Shown piece after piece: positions 43,840 to 53,842 of a stretch of DNA of 64,000 nucleotides. This DNA comes from Opitutaceae bacterium (GTDB taxonomy: Bacteria > Verrucomicrobiota > Verrucomicrobiia > Opitutales > Coraliomargaritaceae), in assembly GCA_051252375.1 (NCBI GenBank), contig JBPOFY010000001.1, positions 1 to 64,000 on the forward strand, in the 5' to 3' direction. Under the pieces are notes generated by a model. It was not told the DNA's origin and did not search any database. It saw only the letters and a list, made by a program, of their open reading frames with translations. Position numbers and translations under genes: made by a program. Position 1 is the stretch's first letter. Every line of letters starts with the position of its first letter.

Positions 43840-44499
43840 TTATTCTCCTGCAAAAATGATACCTGCAGCGTTCGCCGTATCACGAAAGCCGACATCGATC
43901 ACACCAGTTGTGAGATCAATCTTCGTTTTAATTTCTGCATTGGCTGCATCGCCAGTCGGACCGGTTGAGTATAGATGGAAGCCAAAAACCTCCCAGTCAC
44001 CCGAGCTATTGTCCCATTTATACCAATAAATGTAGGGGTTCCCCCAAGGATCTAACAGATTCGTCGTCTCGTTACCCGTAGACGACGTGGAAAATTTAGT
44101 ATCGTCCAGAAACTTTGGTTTTTTTTCAATCTCGTCCTGATCCGTAATAATCACGGCCTTAATTTCATTTGTAGTATCATTCGGGTTGGGGTCTGCGAGG
44201 ACCAACCTACCTGTAAGCGCATAGAGTAAGGTCTTATTTGTATCTGCCTCACCCTGCTTGTGCCACGGATAGTCGCCATACTGCGATTTAAACTGCTCGA
44301 TGCCTTGAGCAATCGCCGCCAAATCAGCCTTCGCTCTAGCACGGGCTTGGGCGTTCTGCACACCACGGGCGATTCCGAATGTGATTCCCGCAAGAATCAA
44401 AATCACGGCGATCACCATAAGTAATTCAATCAAGGTAAAGCCCTGCTTGCTGGGCGCGCGTGCAGGTCGAACTGGCGTGTTTTTTGCGGGGGAATGCAT
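43840..44499 (-). CDS. GspG-like pseudopilin
   Basis: QG|FTLIELLMVIAV signal, YGDYP, DPWGNPYIY and LYSTGP motifs. Confidence 0.9.
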   Translation of the reverse strand: MHSPAKNTPVRPARAPSKQGFTLIELLMVIAVILILAGITFGIARGVQNAQARARAKADLAAIAQGIEQFKSQYGDYPWHKQGEADTNKTLLYALTGRLVLADPNPNDTTNEIKAVIITDQDEIEKKPKFLDDTKFSTSSTGNETTNLLDPWGNPYIYWYKWDNSSGDWEVFGFHLYSTGPTGDAANAEIKTKIDLTTGVIDVGFRDTANAAGIIFAGE

Positions 44500-44646
44500 G
44501 ATTAAAGGGGGGCAATTATTCTGCTATACTCAATAGAGAAGAAATGGTCGTAATATGGCAATATCGTGCTAAAGGCCGACAGTGTCAATACCGTGCTAGA
44601 TCTCCATCGAAAAAGACAGCCTATACCCGCTGCAGGCAATTCCCAA

Positions 44647-45483
44647 TTACACCGTGTATGGCTTCTTAAAAATGGCACCGCTGCGGCGACGCTCGGCGAT
44701 CTTTTCGATTTCGTCCTCGCTCATCGGCTTCGGCAGGCTGGTTTCAGGGTCGATCTTCCATTTTGCCGGCTGAAGATCGTGATCCACGGCCACGCGATAA
44801 TCGAACACGAAGCAATCGCCCTCCCAAAGGCTCTGATCCTTCGGCATCATCTCTATATAGCGTAAAATACCGCCCTTGAGGTGATAAACATTCTTGAAGC
44901 CCTTTTTCTTAAGATAAGCCGTCGAGCGCTCACAGCGGATGCCGCCGGTGCAATACATGGCGATTTTCTTGTCTTTTTGCGAAGCCAGGTGCTCATCCAC
45001 AAATTTGGCAAACTCGGTAAAATCGTCCGTTTTCGGGTTAATGGCGCCCTTAAACTGCCCCACATCGACCTCATAATCATTGCGAGTGTCGATCGTGATC
45101 ACTTCAGGATCTGAAATCAGGTCATTCCATTCTTCCGGCTCAAGGTAGGTGCCCACAGTATCGCGCGGATCGGCCCCCTCTTGGCGAAAAGTCACGATCT
45201 CGGGCTTCTTTTTGACCTTAAACTTCGGAAAAGGATTAAAGTCTGCATATGAATACTTCACCGGCATCTCGGCAAAACGAGGGTCGGACTTCAATAAGGC
45301 AATCGTCGCGTCAATCGCCTCAGGCGTGCCCGCGCAAGTGGAGTTCACGCCTTCATGCGCAAAGATCAGGGTCCCGCGCAGACCATACTTTAAGCCATGA
45401 TCGACCATGCGCTCTGCCCACTCATCGCGATCAGGCAATTCAGTGAAGTGGTAAAACGCAGCTATTTTCCAAGTTTCAGACAT
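44647..45483 (-). CDS. trhO: Rhodanese-related tRNA uridine(34) hydroxylase TrhO/YceA
   Basis: AHEGVN, IDTRNDYE, YCTGGIRCE, HLKGGILRY and WEGDCFVFD motifs. Confidence 0.9.
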   Translation of the reverse strand: MSETWKIAAFYHFTELPDRDEWAERMVDHGLKYGLRGTLIFAHEGVNSTCAGTPEAIDATIALLKSDPRFAEMPVKYSYADFNPFPKFKVKKKPEIVTFRQEGADPRDTVGTYLEPEEWNDLISDPEVITIDTRNDYEVDVGQFKGAINPKTDDFTEFAKFVDEHLASQKDKKIAMYCTGGIRCERSTAYLKKKGFKNVYHLKGGILRYIEMMPKDQSLWEGDCFVFDYRVAVDHDLQPAKWKIDPETSLPKPMSEDEIEKIAERRRSGAIFKKPYTV

Positions 45484-45669
45484 AATGATGGCAATACTAG
45501 TGTAAGAATCGACGAATCAAGGTCTAATTTCATCCTACCAGTTGGCAACATCACTATTTGCACTTATATGAAGATTAAACATAGAATATAAATGCATAAA
45601 TAAAATCAGCGTTAGAGATGAGAGCTTTACATCATGCACGCTCAAAACTACATATAGGGTGTTAGCCTT

Positions 45670-47850
45670 ATGATTAAGTGCCTCAAAATATTAGTGTATG
45701 CCTTCAGCTTGCTGCTTACTCAAGGCGCATACGGCATTGAGCACGTAAAACTGCAACTGAAATGGCTACACCAATTCCAGTTTGCCGGCTACTACGCAGC
45801 AGTGCAGCAAGGCTATTACTCTGAGGTCGGTCTCGAAGTAGAATTAATCGAAGCACATGCAGGAGAAAGTCCCGCTCAAGCCGTGATTGAAGGCGACGCA
45901 GATTACGGAATCGCAACTACCGACATCGTCCGCCTCAGAGCCCAAGGAGAACCCGTAGTCGCGCTCGCAGTCATTTTTCAACATTCACCAATTGCACTGA
46001 TTTCAACCAAAGAAGCAGGCATCAACACCATCCACGACCTGGTCGGCAAACGGGTGATGATACAAGACGGCAGCGCCGACCTAACCGCAATGCTTCAGGC
46101 ACAGCAGATACCGCGAAAATCGATTGAATTCGTCCCGCATGAATTATCCTACGACGCACTCATTAATGGAACCGTCAGCGCATTTTCCGGTTACATCACC
46201 AATGAGCCCTATTCGCTTGAAGCAGAAGGGTTCACTCCTGTCATTTTTAGCCCACAGTCCAGCGGTATTGATTTCTACGGCGATGCACTCTTCACCACCG
46301 AAGAACATATCCGCAAGCACCCGAAACAAGTCGAAGCGTTCCGCTCGGCGAGCCTTAAGGGTTGGGAATTTGCACTAGAACACCCCGACACGGTAATTGA
46401 ATACATCCTCGAAAATTACCCCTCTCGGAAGAGCAAGGAGCAACTACAATTTGAAGCCGAGAAATTGGTAAGTCTGATTCGGCCAGATCTGATCACAATC
46501 GGGCACATGAATCCGACGCGCTGGAAGCATATCGCTGAAATATTAAAAGGCGAAGGTCTGATCAGCGACAAAGTGGATATCGAGCCTATGCTTTATAAAT
46601 ACGAAAAGCCGTTCCCATGGTCATTATTTCTAAAGACTGGCGGCGTTTTACTATTTCTCATCTGCGCCTTGCTAATATTCAGCAGGCGGCAAATTCAAAT
46701 CAAACGTCGCCTAGAAGCTGAAATCCAACGTCGTATAACCAGCGATACGCTGTTAGTAACACGCGACGAGGAATACAAATCCATGTTTGAAGACGCCCCG
46801 CTAGCCTTCATCGTCTGGGACACTTCTCTGAAGATACGCGAATGGAATCATGCCGCTGAATCGTTATTCGGGTGGAGCGCCGATGAAGTCATCGGCAAAG
46901 TTGCCACGGACTTTCTCGTGCCGGAGAGCGCACAGAAGAAAGTCACCCAAGGCAAAGAAATGCTGATGCAAAAAAACGCCAGGGCTCAAGTAAACGAGAA
47001 CTACACTAAGGATGGGCGCGTCATCTGGTGCCAATGGCACAATACTTCGCGCAAAAACATCAACGGTGAAGTCATCGAGTTCCACTCCATCGCAACAGAT
47101 GTTACAGCCGAAGTTTACGCACAAGCCAAACTCGACAAGGAACACGCACAAGCGGTTCACGCAAACCATGCAAAAGACGTGCTCTTAGCGCAAACCAGTC
47201 ACGAGATCCGTAACCCGCTGAATGCGATCATGGGATTCACCCAAATGATTATCGCCGACGCCAAAGATCCCGAAACTAACGAAATGGCACAAATCATCTT
47301 AGACGGCGCCGAAGGGATGCTCAATATACTCAACGATCTACTCGATGCCTCAAAAATCGATGCGGGTAAAATGGAAGTCGAATGGAAGCAGACCGACCTC
47401 ATCAAATGTGTGCAGCAAGAAGCCAAGCTTTTCAGTCAACTATTGAGAAACAAAGGCTTGAATTGCACCCTAACCGTCCCCGATCAGTTGGCCCCCATTC
47501 TTACCGATGAACGGCGCATACTACAAATACTGAACAACTTGATCAACAACGCCGCTAAATTCACCCAGCAAGGCGAAATACGTATCACCCTAGTTGACGA
47601 AAGCCCAACGCATGTCGCCATACGCATTCGTGATACAGGCATCGGGATGGACGACGAGACGCTCTCCCGAATCTTCGAACCCTACGCCCAAGCGAGCCAA
47701 CAAACCAGCAAGGAATTTGGTGGCACTGGTCTCGGACTTTCACTCACCAAAAAACTAGTCGAACTATTACAAGGACAGTTGCGGGCTGAGAGCACACCAG
47801 GCACCGGAAGTCGCTTTATATTGCTCTTACCAAAGCAACCCAAAATATAA
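45670..47850 (+). CDS. Sensor histidine kinase: NMT1/THI5-like periplasmic binding domain, TM, PAS, HisKA, HATPase
   Basis: LQLKWLHQFQFAGYYAA, DFYGD, PAS (WNHAAESLFGW), SHEIRNPLN and GGTGLGL motifs. Confidence 0.93.
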   Translation: MIKCLKILVYAFSLLLTQGAYGIEHVKLQLKWLHQFQFAGYYAAVQQGYYSEVGLEVELIEAHAGESPAQAVIEGDADYGIATTDIVRLRAQGEPVVALAVIFQHSPIALISTKEAGINTIHDLVGKRVMIQDGSADLTAMLQAQQIPRKSIEFVPHELSYDALINGTVSAFSGYITNEPYSLEAEGFTPVIFSPQSSGIDFYGDALFTTEEHIRKHPKQVEAFRSASLKGWEFALEHPDTVIEYILENYPSRKSKEQLQFEAEKLVSLIRPDLITIGHMNPTRWKHIAEILKGEGLISDKVDIEPMLYKYEKPFPWSLFLKTGGVLLFLICALLIFSRRQIQIKRRLEAEIQRRITSDTLLVTRDEEYKSMFEDAPLAFIVWDTSLKIREWNHAAESLFGWSADEVIGKVATDFLVPESAQKKVTQGKEMLMQKNARAQVNENYTKDGRVIWCQWHNTSRKNINGEVIEFHSIATDVTAEVYAQAKLDKEHAQAVHANHAKDVLLAQTSHEIRNPLNAIMGFTQMIIADAKDPETNEMAQIILDGAEGMLNILNDLLDASKIDAGKMEVEWKQTDLIKCVQQEAKLFSQLLRNKGLNCTLTVPDQLAPILTDERRILQILNNLINNAAKFTQQGEIRITLVDESPTHVAIRIRDTGIGMDDETLSRIFEPYAQASQQTSKEFGGTGLGLSLTKKLVELLQGQLRAESTPGTGSRFILLLPKQPKI

Positions 47851-48029
47851 ATACGAAACGCGTAGCCGCGATAGTCCCTAGACACTGAGATACATTTAAA
47901 CCTTGTCATCTCGCTTTGACCTGTCAAAGCCCTCCGCCTCACTTATGGGATGGCCTGGAATTATCGGCTGCCTTACAACTAGCTCAAGTATCGGTACACA
48001 TCCGGTCAACGGGCGTATTTATCGATATT

Positions 48030-49712
48030 ATGGACACAACATTTGCTGATCTTGGGCTACGCCCAGAACTCCTTGAAGGTATTCAACGCTTAGGCTTTGA
48101 ATCCCCCTCACCTATTCAGGCGCAGACCGTACCGGTCGCCATGGAAGGCCACGACATTGTCGGCCTCTCTCAAACCGGTTCCGGTAAAACCGCCGCATTC
48201 GGCCTGCCTGCGCTCAACTTGATCGAGATCGACCGCAAGGAGACACAAGTACTCGTGCTCTGCCCGACCCGTGAGCTCGCCGTGCAAGTTTGCGAGGAAA
48301 TCCATCGCCTCGCATCCGCACTTACAGGCCTCGTTGCAGTGCCAGTTTATGGTGGCGCCCCGCTCGACCGCCAAATGCGCGCACTCCGCAACGGTGCACA
48401 CATCGTCGTCGGCACACCGGGCCGCGTCATGGATCACCTTCGCCGCAAGACCCTCCGCACTGACAGCATCCGTCTTTGCATCCTTGACGAAGCCGACCGC
48501 ATGCTCGACATGGGCTTCCGCGAAGACATGGAAGTCATCCTCGGCGACATGCCGGAAGACCGCCAAACCCTTTTCTTCTCTGCTACGATGAATCGCGGCG
48601 TCGAAGGTCTCATCAAAACCTTCAGCAACAAAGCACGCCAAATTTCCATCGAGCGGAAGTCGCTCACCGTCGACACGATTGAGCAAACTTACTACGAAGT
48701 GCGCAATCGCTCGAAGGTCGAAGTGCTTTGCCGTCTGCTCGACGTCGAAACCAACCCGCGCGGCATTGTATTCTGCAACACCAAGCAAATGGTGGAAGAC
48801 GCCACCGAGGCACTCACCGCACGCGGCTATGTCGCCGATCGGATTCACGGCGATATCACTCAAACGAATCGCGAGCGCGTGATTAAACGCTTCAAAGACG
48901 GCAGCGTCGAGCTACTCGTAGCGACCGATGTGGCAGCCCGTGGCCTCGACATCGATGACGTGGATATCGTCTTCAACTTCGACCTCCCGCACGATCCAGA
49001 AGATTACGTCCACCGCATCGGCCGCACCGGCCGTGCCGGACGCTCTGGCAAGTCAGTGACTTTCGTCTATGGCCGCGACATCTATCGCTTAGAAGCAATC
49101 GAGCGCTATACTCGCCAAGTCGTGCGCCGGATGAAAATCCCTACACTTGAAGAAGTGGAAGGTCGCAAAGCAGATAAAGTATTCAACCAAGTGCGTGATC
49201 TCCTCGAAGCAGGCTCCTTTAAGCGTCACGACGAGCTCGTTGATCGCCTCCTTGACGCGGGGCACACGCCAACCGATATCGCCAACGCACTCTTCGACCT
49301 TCTCGGTAAAGAAGAAATCCGTGATGGCGAAAAAATCGCCGAGGACACCGAGCCTTACCACGACACACCTCAAAAAGGTGGCTTCAAAGGCAAAGGTGGA
49401 GGTGGAGGTGGCTACAAAGGTAAACGCGGCGGCGGTGGCGGTGGCTACCAGGGCAATCGCGGTGGAGGCGGCGGTGGCTATCAAGGCAATCGCGGCGGCA
49501 ACGACGGCAACGGCGGTGGCGGCGGTTACCAAGGCAATCGTGGCAACAGCAGCTGGAGCGATGACCGTGGCACCACACCAAAGCGCCCTTTCAAGCAAAA
49601 GAGTAAATTTGGCGGCAACAAAGAAGGCGGCAGTCGCGACTTCAAACCAGCACCACGCCCAGAAGGCAATGGTGGGGGCAAGCCAGCTCGCCGTTTCAAA
49701 AAGCCAGATTAA
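48030..49712 (+). CDS. DEAD-box RNA helicase (DeaD-like) with Gly-rich tail
   Basis: Q motif, QTGSGKT, PTRELA, DEAD, SAT and [10 protein letters not shown]; likely ATG at 48030. Confidence 0.96.
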   Translation: MDTTFADLGLRPELLEGIQRLGFESPSPIQAQTVPVAMEGHDIVGLSQTGSGKTAAFGLPALNLIEIDRKETQVLVLCPTRELAVQVCEEIHRLASALTGLVAVPVYGGAPLDRQMRALRNGAHIVVGTPGRVMDHLRRKTLRTDSIRLCILDEADRMLDMGFREDMEVILGDMPEDRQTLFFSATMNRGVEGLIKTFSNKARQISIERKSLTVDTIEQTYYEVRNRSKVEVLCRLLDVETNPRGIVFCNTKQMVEDATEALTARGYVADRIHGDITQTNRERVIKRFKDGSVELLVATDVAARGLDIDDVDIVFNFDLPHDPEDYVHRIGRTGRAGRSGKSVTFVYGRDIYRLEAIERYTRQVVRRMKIPTLEEVEGRKADKVFNQVRDLLEAGSFKRHDELVDRLLDAGHTPTDIANALFDLLGKEEIRDGEKIAEDTEPYHDTPQKGGFKGKGGGGGGYKGKRGGGGGGYQGNRGGGGGGYQGNRGGNDGNGGGGGYQGNRGNSSWSDDRGTTPKRPFKQKSKFGGNKEGGSRDFKPAPRPEGNGGGKPARRFKKPD

Positions 49713-49894
49713 TTACAGCGGTCAGGTCTCAGCAAACGGGATTCAGAATAGAGACAACTCACTACAAACATTCTGAATCACGCCAGCTGGCAACTACTTG
49801 CTGAGCACTGACTTCTTGAATAAAGCTTGCTAAACACTCATTTCCCTGTCGTTAAGGCAGACTCTCTTCAGGTTTTCCTTCGATTAGCCCACAA

Positions 49895-49980
49895 TTTGGT
49901 GGCGTTTCCCATTGGCAAAAACCTGCCCCGGATCGGTTGATTTTCGATGATCAACCAATCGTGGGAAACGAACTACCAAA
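49895..49980 (+). promoter_or_regulatory. Candidate structured 5' leader RNA (three-way junction)
   Basis: tttggtgg/ctaccaaa and cgtttccca/tgggaaacg enclose the hairpins ggca/tgcc and gatcggttgat/atcaaccaatc. Confidence 0.55.
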
Positions 49981-50032
49981 AGCATCGAAGCACCCGAGCG
50001 CTCGTCAATGAAGACGTGCGTTCTACCTGATT

Positions 50033-51457
50033 ATGACCGAAACAACATTCGAAGCGTTGCCATTGGCAACACCTATTCAACGCGCACTCGCGGACAAAGA
50101 ATACACCACGCCCTCGCCGATCCAGGCCAAGGCAATCCCAGTCCTCCTCGAAGGTCGCGACCTACTCGCCTGCGCACAAACCGGCACAGGTAAAACAGCC
50201 GCCTTCGCGCTGCCAGTGCTCGACCAATTTGCGCGCAACCCACGCAAACCATTCCGTCGCGGTGTCCGCTGCCTCATTCTTACACCGACGCGTGAACTCG
50301 CAGTGCAAGTGATGCAAAGCTTTGAGACCTACGGCAAATACCTCGATCTACGCATCGGCATGGTATTCGGCGGTGTCTCCGAAAAGCCACAGATTAAGAA
50401 CCTCTATCAAGGTCTCGACATTTGCGTCGCCACCACTGGTCGTTTGCTCGATCTCCATCAGCAAGGTCACGTCGATCTCTCACAAGTCGAAACCTTCATC
50501 CTCGATGAAGCCGACCGTATGCTCGACATGGGATTCATCCGCGACATCCGTAAAATCTCTGCAATGATCCCTCAGCAGCGCCAGACCATGCTCTTCTCTG
50601 CTACTATGGCGCCAGAGATCACCAAGCTAGCCAACACCTTGCTGCACAACCCTGGCGAGATCCGTATCGCGCCCCAAGGCACCACCGCAGATAAAATCGA
50701 TCAGCACGTGCTCTTCGTCGATAAAGGCAACAAGCAGAACCTCCTCATCGACCTTCTCAAAGATCGCGAAGAAGAACACCGCAGCGAACTCAGTCTAGTC
50801 TTCAGTCGCACCAAGCACGGCGCGAAAAACCTAGCAAAGAAGCTCAACAGCATCGGCATCGAAGCCGACTCGATTCACGGTAACAAATCTCAAGCCGCAC
50901 GTCAGAAGACACTCGACCTCTTCAAACAAGGTCGCATCCCCGTGCTCGTCGCGACCGACGTCGCCGCGCGTGGTATCGACGTCAAGAACATCACCTTAGT
51001 CATCAACTTCGACCTTCCAATGGAAGCCGACGCCTACGTGCACCGCATCGGTCGCACCGCACGCGCTGGCAAAAGTGGTCGCGCCCTCTCCTTCTGTTCA
51101 CTCGAAGAAGTCGCCCTCCTGCGCGATGTTGAAAAACTCATTAAGAAAACCGTGCCAGTCTACGAAGACCACGACCACCATGCCCAAGCCATCGCATCGC
51201 TCCACCAAAGTGGTGCTCGTGTCGCCAAACCGAAAAACGGTGGCGGCGGACAACGTGGCGGTGGTGGCGGTGGCCAGCGCGGCGGAGGCGGCGGTCAACG
51301 TCGCAGCGGTCCACCCCGTCAAGGTGGCAGCGGCGGTGGTGGTAACCGAAATTTCCGTGGCAACAGCGGCGGAAATCCGCAGGCAAGCGGCTCTAGTTCC
51401 GGCAATCCCCGCCCGCAACGTCGTAACGCAGGTCGCCGCAGCACCTCGCAGCCATAA
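50033..51457 (+). CDS. rhlE: DEAD-box RNA helicase (RhlE-like)
   Basis: AQTGTGKT, DEAD, FSRTKHGA, IHGNKSQ and HRIGRTARAG motifs; RGG-rich tail. Confidence 0.93.
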   Translation: MTETTFEALPLATPIQRALADKEYTTPSPIQAKAIPVLLEGRDLLACAQTGTGKTAAFALPVLDQFARNPRKPFRRGVRCLILTPTRELAVQVMQSFETYGKYLDLRIGMVFGGVSEKPQIKNLYQGLDICVATTGRLLDLHQQGHVDLSQVETFILDEADRMLDMGFIRDIRKISAMIPQQRQTMLFSATMAPEITKLANTLLHNPGEIRIAPQGTTADKIDQHVLFVDKGNKQNLLIDLLKDREEEHRSELSLVFSRTKHGAKNLAKKLNSIGIEADSIHGNKSQAARQKTLDLFKQGRIPVLVATDVAARGIDVKNITLVINFDLPMEADAYVHRIGRTARAGKSGRALSFCSLEEVALLRDVEKLIKKTVPVYEDHDHHAQAIASLHQSGARVAKPKNGGGGQRGGGGGGQRGGGGGQRRSGPPRQGGSGGGGNRNFRGNSGGNPQASGSSSGNPRPQRRNAGRRSTSQP

Positions 51458-51531
51458 TTATTTATAAGAAAGGAGCGAAATAAGGGTTGATCTTCACCGT
51501 CAGCCCGCTTTCTTTCATCGCTTATTGGTAT

Positions 51532-51622
<91 letters not shown>

Positions 51623-51685
51623 GTTTTTACAAAGTAAAAACCAAACGACTCGCGCAGCGAGACAGGGATAAAAAAATCTGAGTGC

Positions 51686-52495
51686 CTACACTCGCACTGA
51701 TTGCTCAAGCTCTGCAGCTTCAAAAGAAGCCTTTAGCAATTTGCAGTAAGAATGGCTGGCACTCTCGATCTCGAAAGTTGAAAGCGCGCCCACAATTCGT
51801 GACACAGGCAATATGCCAGCGGCTGAATTGGTCATAAAGACAGCCTCAGCTTTATCCAGCAGCTCAACAGCGTAGCTACCCTCCTCAGTGTCACAAATAT
51901 CTAAAACCGCGGAACGCACCACCCCGGGCAAAATGCCGTGACATAAAGCCGGCGTGCACAGTTTCCCTTCGTAGATAAAAAACAAATTCCCAGTCGTGGT
52001 TTCAGCTAGGCTGCCATCCATATCTACACGGATCGTATCATAGAATCCTGCCTTTCGAGCCGAATCGAAGAGCAGTCGATGCTCCATGTAATTGTGCGTC
52101 TTATGCCCCGATAGCGGGGAGTGCTGATTGATCGGATGCAACACATCCAATTGTAATTCGACCGAATCAGGAATGGGAGTCATTGAACGCGCATAAACAT
52201 AGAGCGTCGTCACTGGTCCATTCCTCAACAAGGACAGCTTCACCATCGCAACGGATAATCCATCCCCTCGAATCAACTCCCCGATGGCAGCCAACACCGC
52301 GGTCTCATCAAAATAAAAATCAAAACCGAGTGCCTTGGCTGATCGCTGTAAGCGCGTCCAGTGCCGCGACCAAAATGCCAATCCCAGCTCAGAATATTTA
52401 ATCGTCTCAAAAATACCATAGCCATGCGCAAAGCCTGCCCCAATAGGATCGAGCTGCGCCTTCGCGCCACGTGATATGATTACGATTTCTGACAT
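51686..52495 (-). CDS. pabC: Aminotransferase class IV (probable aminodeoxychorismate lyase)
   Basis: GYGIFETI, HKTHNY, ETTTGNLF, GILPGVVR and TNS motifs; overlaps pabB. Confidence 0.85.
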   Translation of the reverse strand: MSEIVIISRGAKAQLDPIGAGFAHGYGIFETIKYSELGLAFWSRHWTRLQRSAKALGFDFYFDETAVLAAIGELIRGDGLSVAMVKLSLLRNGPVTTLYVYARSMTPIPDSVELQLDVLHPINQHSPLSGHKTHNYMEHRLLFDSARKAGFYDTIRVDMDGSLAETTTGNLFFIYEGKLCTPALCHGILPGVVRSAVLDICDTEEGSYAVELLDKAEAVFMTNSAAGILPVSRIVGALSTFEIESASHSYCKLLKASFEAAELEQSVRV

Positions 52496-53808
52496 AGCTG
52501 GTCTAAAGTTTCTCGAATGGCTCGGCCTTTATCGAGTGTTTCTTGATACTCACTGGCAGGATCGGAATCCCAAACAATACCGCCTCCCACTTGATAATCC
52601 AAGTAACCATCCTTAAGGTGCAAACTGCGGATCGCAATATTCAACTCCGCATTGCCATCAAACCCGATGTAACCGATCGAGCCGCAATAGACGCCGCGTC
52701 GCGTAGGCTCCAATTCCTCGATAATCTCCATCGCTCTAACTTTCGGCGCACCCGTGATGGAACCCCCCGGAAAGAGCGCACGAATACAATCGAACACATC
52801 ATACTTTCCCGCGAGCTGTGCCTTCACTTGAGCAGTCTGGTGCATCACCCGCTTGTAGTGCTCTAAGTGATACAAGCCTTCCACTTGCACGCTCCCATAC
52901 TCTGCGACACGACCGAGATCATTGCGCTCAAGGTCAACAATCATCAGCAGCTCCGCCCGTTCTTTTTCGGACAAGCGTAATGCCTCCGCATTGCGAGCAT
53001 CCTCCGCCGCGTCGGCACCACGCGGACGCGTGCCTTTGATCGGCCGCGTCTCGACTGAGCGACCGCGCTTTCTTAAAAACTGTTCGGGCGATGTTGAAAA
53101 AACCTGCAAGTCCCCCGTATTGATGTAGGCACTAAACGGCGCCGGATTCCCTGCACGCAAAGCCTGAAACAGAGCCAACGGCGCGCCCTCAAAACGGCAA
53201 CGCGCACGCTGCGAAAGATTCACCTGATACACATCCCCGCTCGCGATGTAGTTCCTCACCTGAGCGACTTTATGCTCAAATGCATCGCGGGGCATATTCC
53301 ACTCCCACTCACCCAACTGACAGGCAGCAACTTGTTGTGATTTCGCTCCTTCAACTATTTGCGACAGCTCGCGCAACACCACCTCGACTTCGTTCCGAAT
53401 ACCAAGCGCAATCAGATGCAGCACGCCCGTATCATGATGCAAGGCAGCAATCCCATCATAGAGCCCAAAATGTAAATCCGGCACTGCGCGATCGTCTTTA
53501 GCAATAGAGGGTAAGTCCTCGATGCGACGTCCATAATCATAACTGATGAATCCCACGGCACCGCCAACAAATGGTATACTCGTCAACTCGGCCGCCCGAG
53601 TATAAGGCGCCATCACTTCACGCAAATGCGCCAAACCATCACCCTCCGGGTTTGACACCACGTGAAAAGGATCAGCTCCAAAGAAACTCCATTGCCCCAG
53701 CCCATCGTTCGACTGCGCACTATCCAAAACGAAAGGCAACCGACGCCCGCCAAAAGCTTCTATCAACGCATCAACCGTCGGCGGATTAGTTATCTCAATA
53801 CTTTTCAT
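52480..53808 (-). CDS. pabB: Aminodeoxychorismate synthase component I
   Basis: GDVYQVNLS, SPEQFL, RPIKGTRPRG, MIVDLERNDL and FPGGSITGAPK motifs. Confidence 0.92.
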   Translation of the reverse strand: MKSIEITNPPTVDALIEAFGGRRLPFVLDSAQSNDGLGQWSFFGADPFHVVSNPEGDGLAHLREVMAPYTRAAELTSIPFVGGAVGFISYDYGRRIEDLPSIAKDDRAVPDLHFGLYDGIAALHHDTGVLHLIALGIRNEVEVVLRELSQIVEGAKSQQVAACQLGEWEWNMPRDAFEHKVAQVRNYIASGDVYQVNLSQRARCRFEGAPLALFQALRAGNPAPFSAYINTGDLQVFSTSPEQFLRKRGRSVETRPIKGTRPRGADAAEDARNAEALRLSEKERAELLMIVDLERNDLGRVAEYGSVQVEGLYHLEHYKRVMHQTAQVKAQLAGKYDVFDCIRALFPGGSITGAPKVRAMEIIEELEPTRRGVYCGSIGYIGFDGNAELNIAIRSLHLKDGYLDYQVGGGIVWDSDPASEYQETLDKGRAIRETLDQLCQKS

Positions 53809-53842
53809 TCGCTATCAGCTATTCGCTATTAGCCATTATTGG

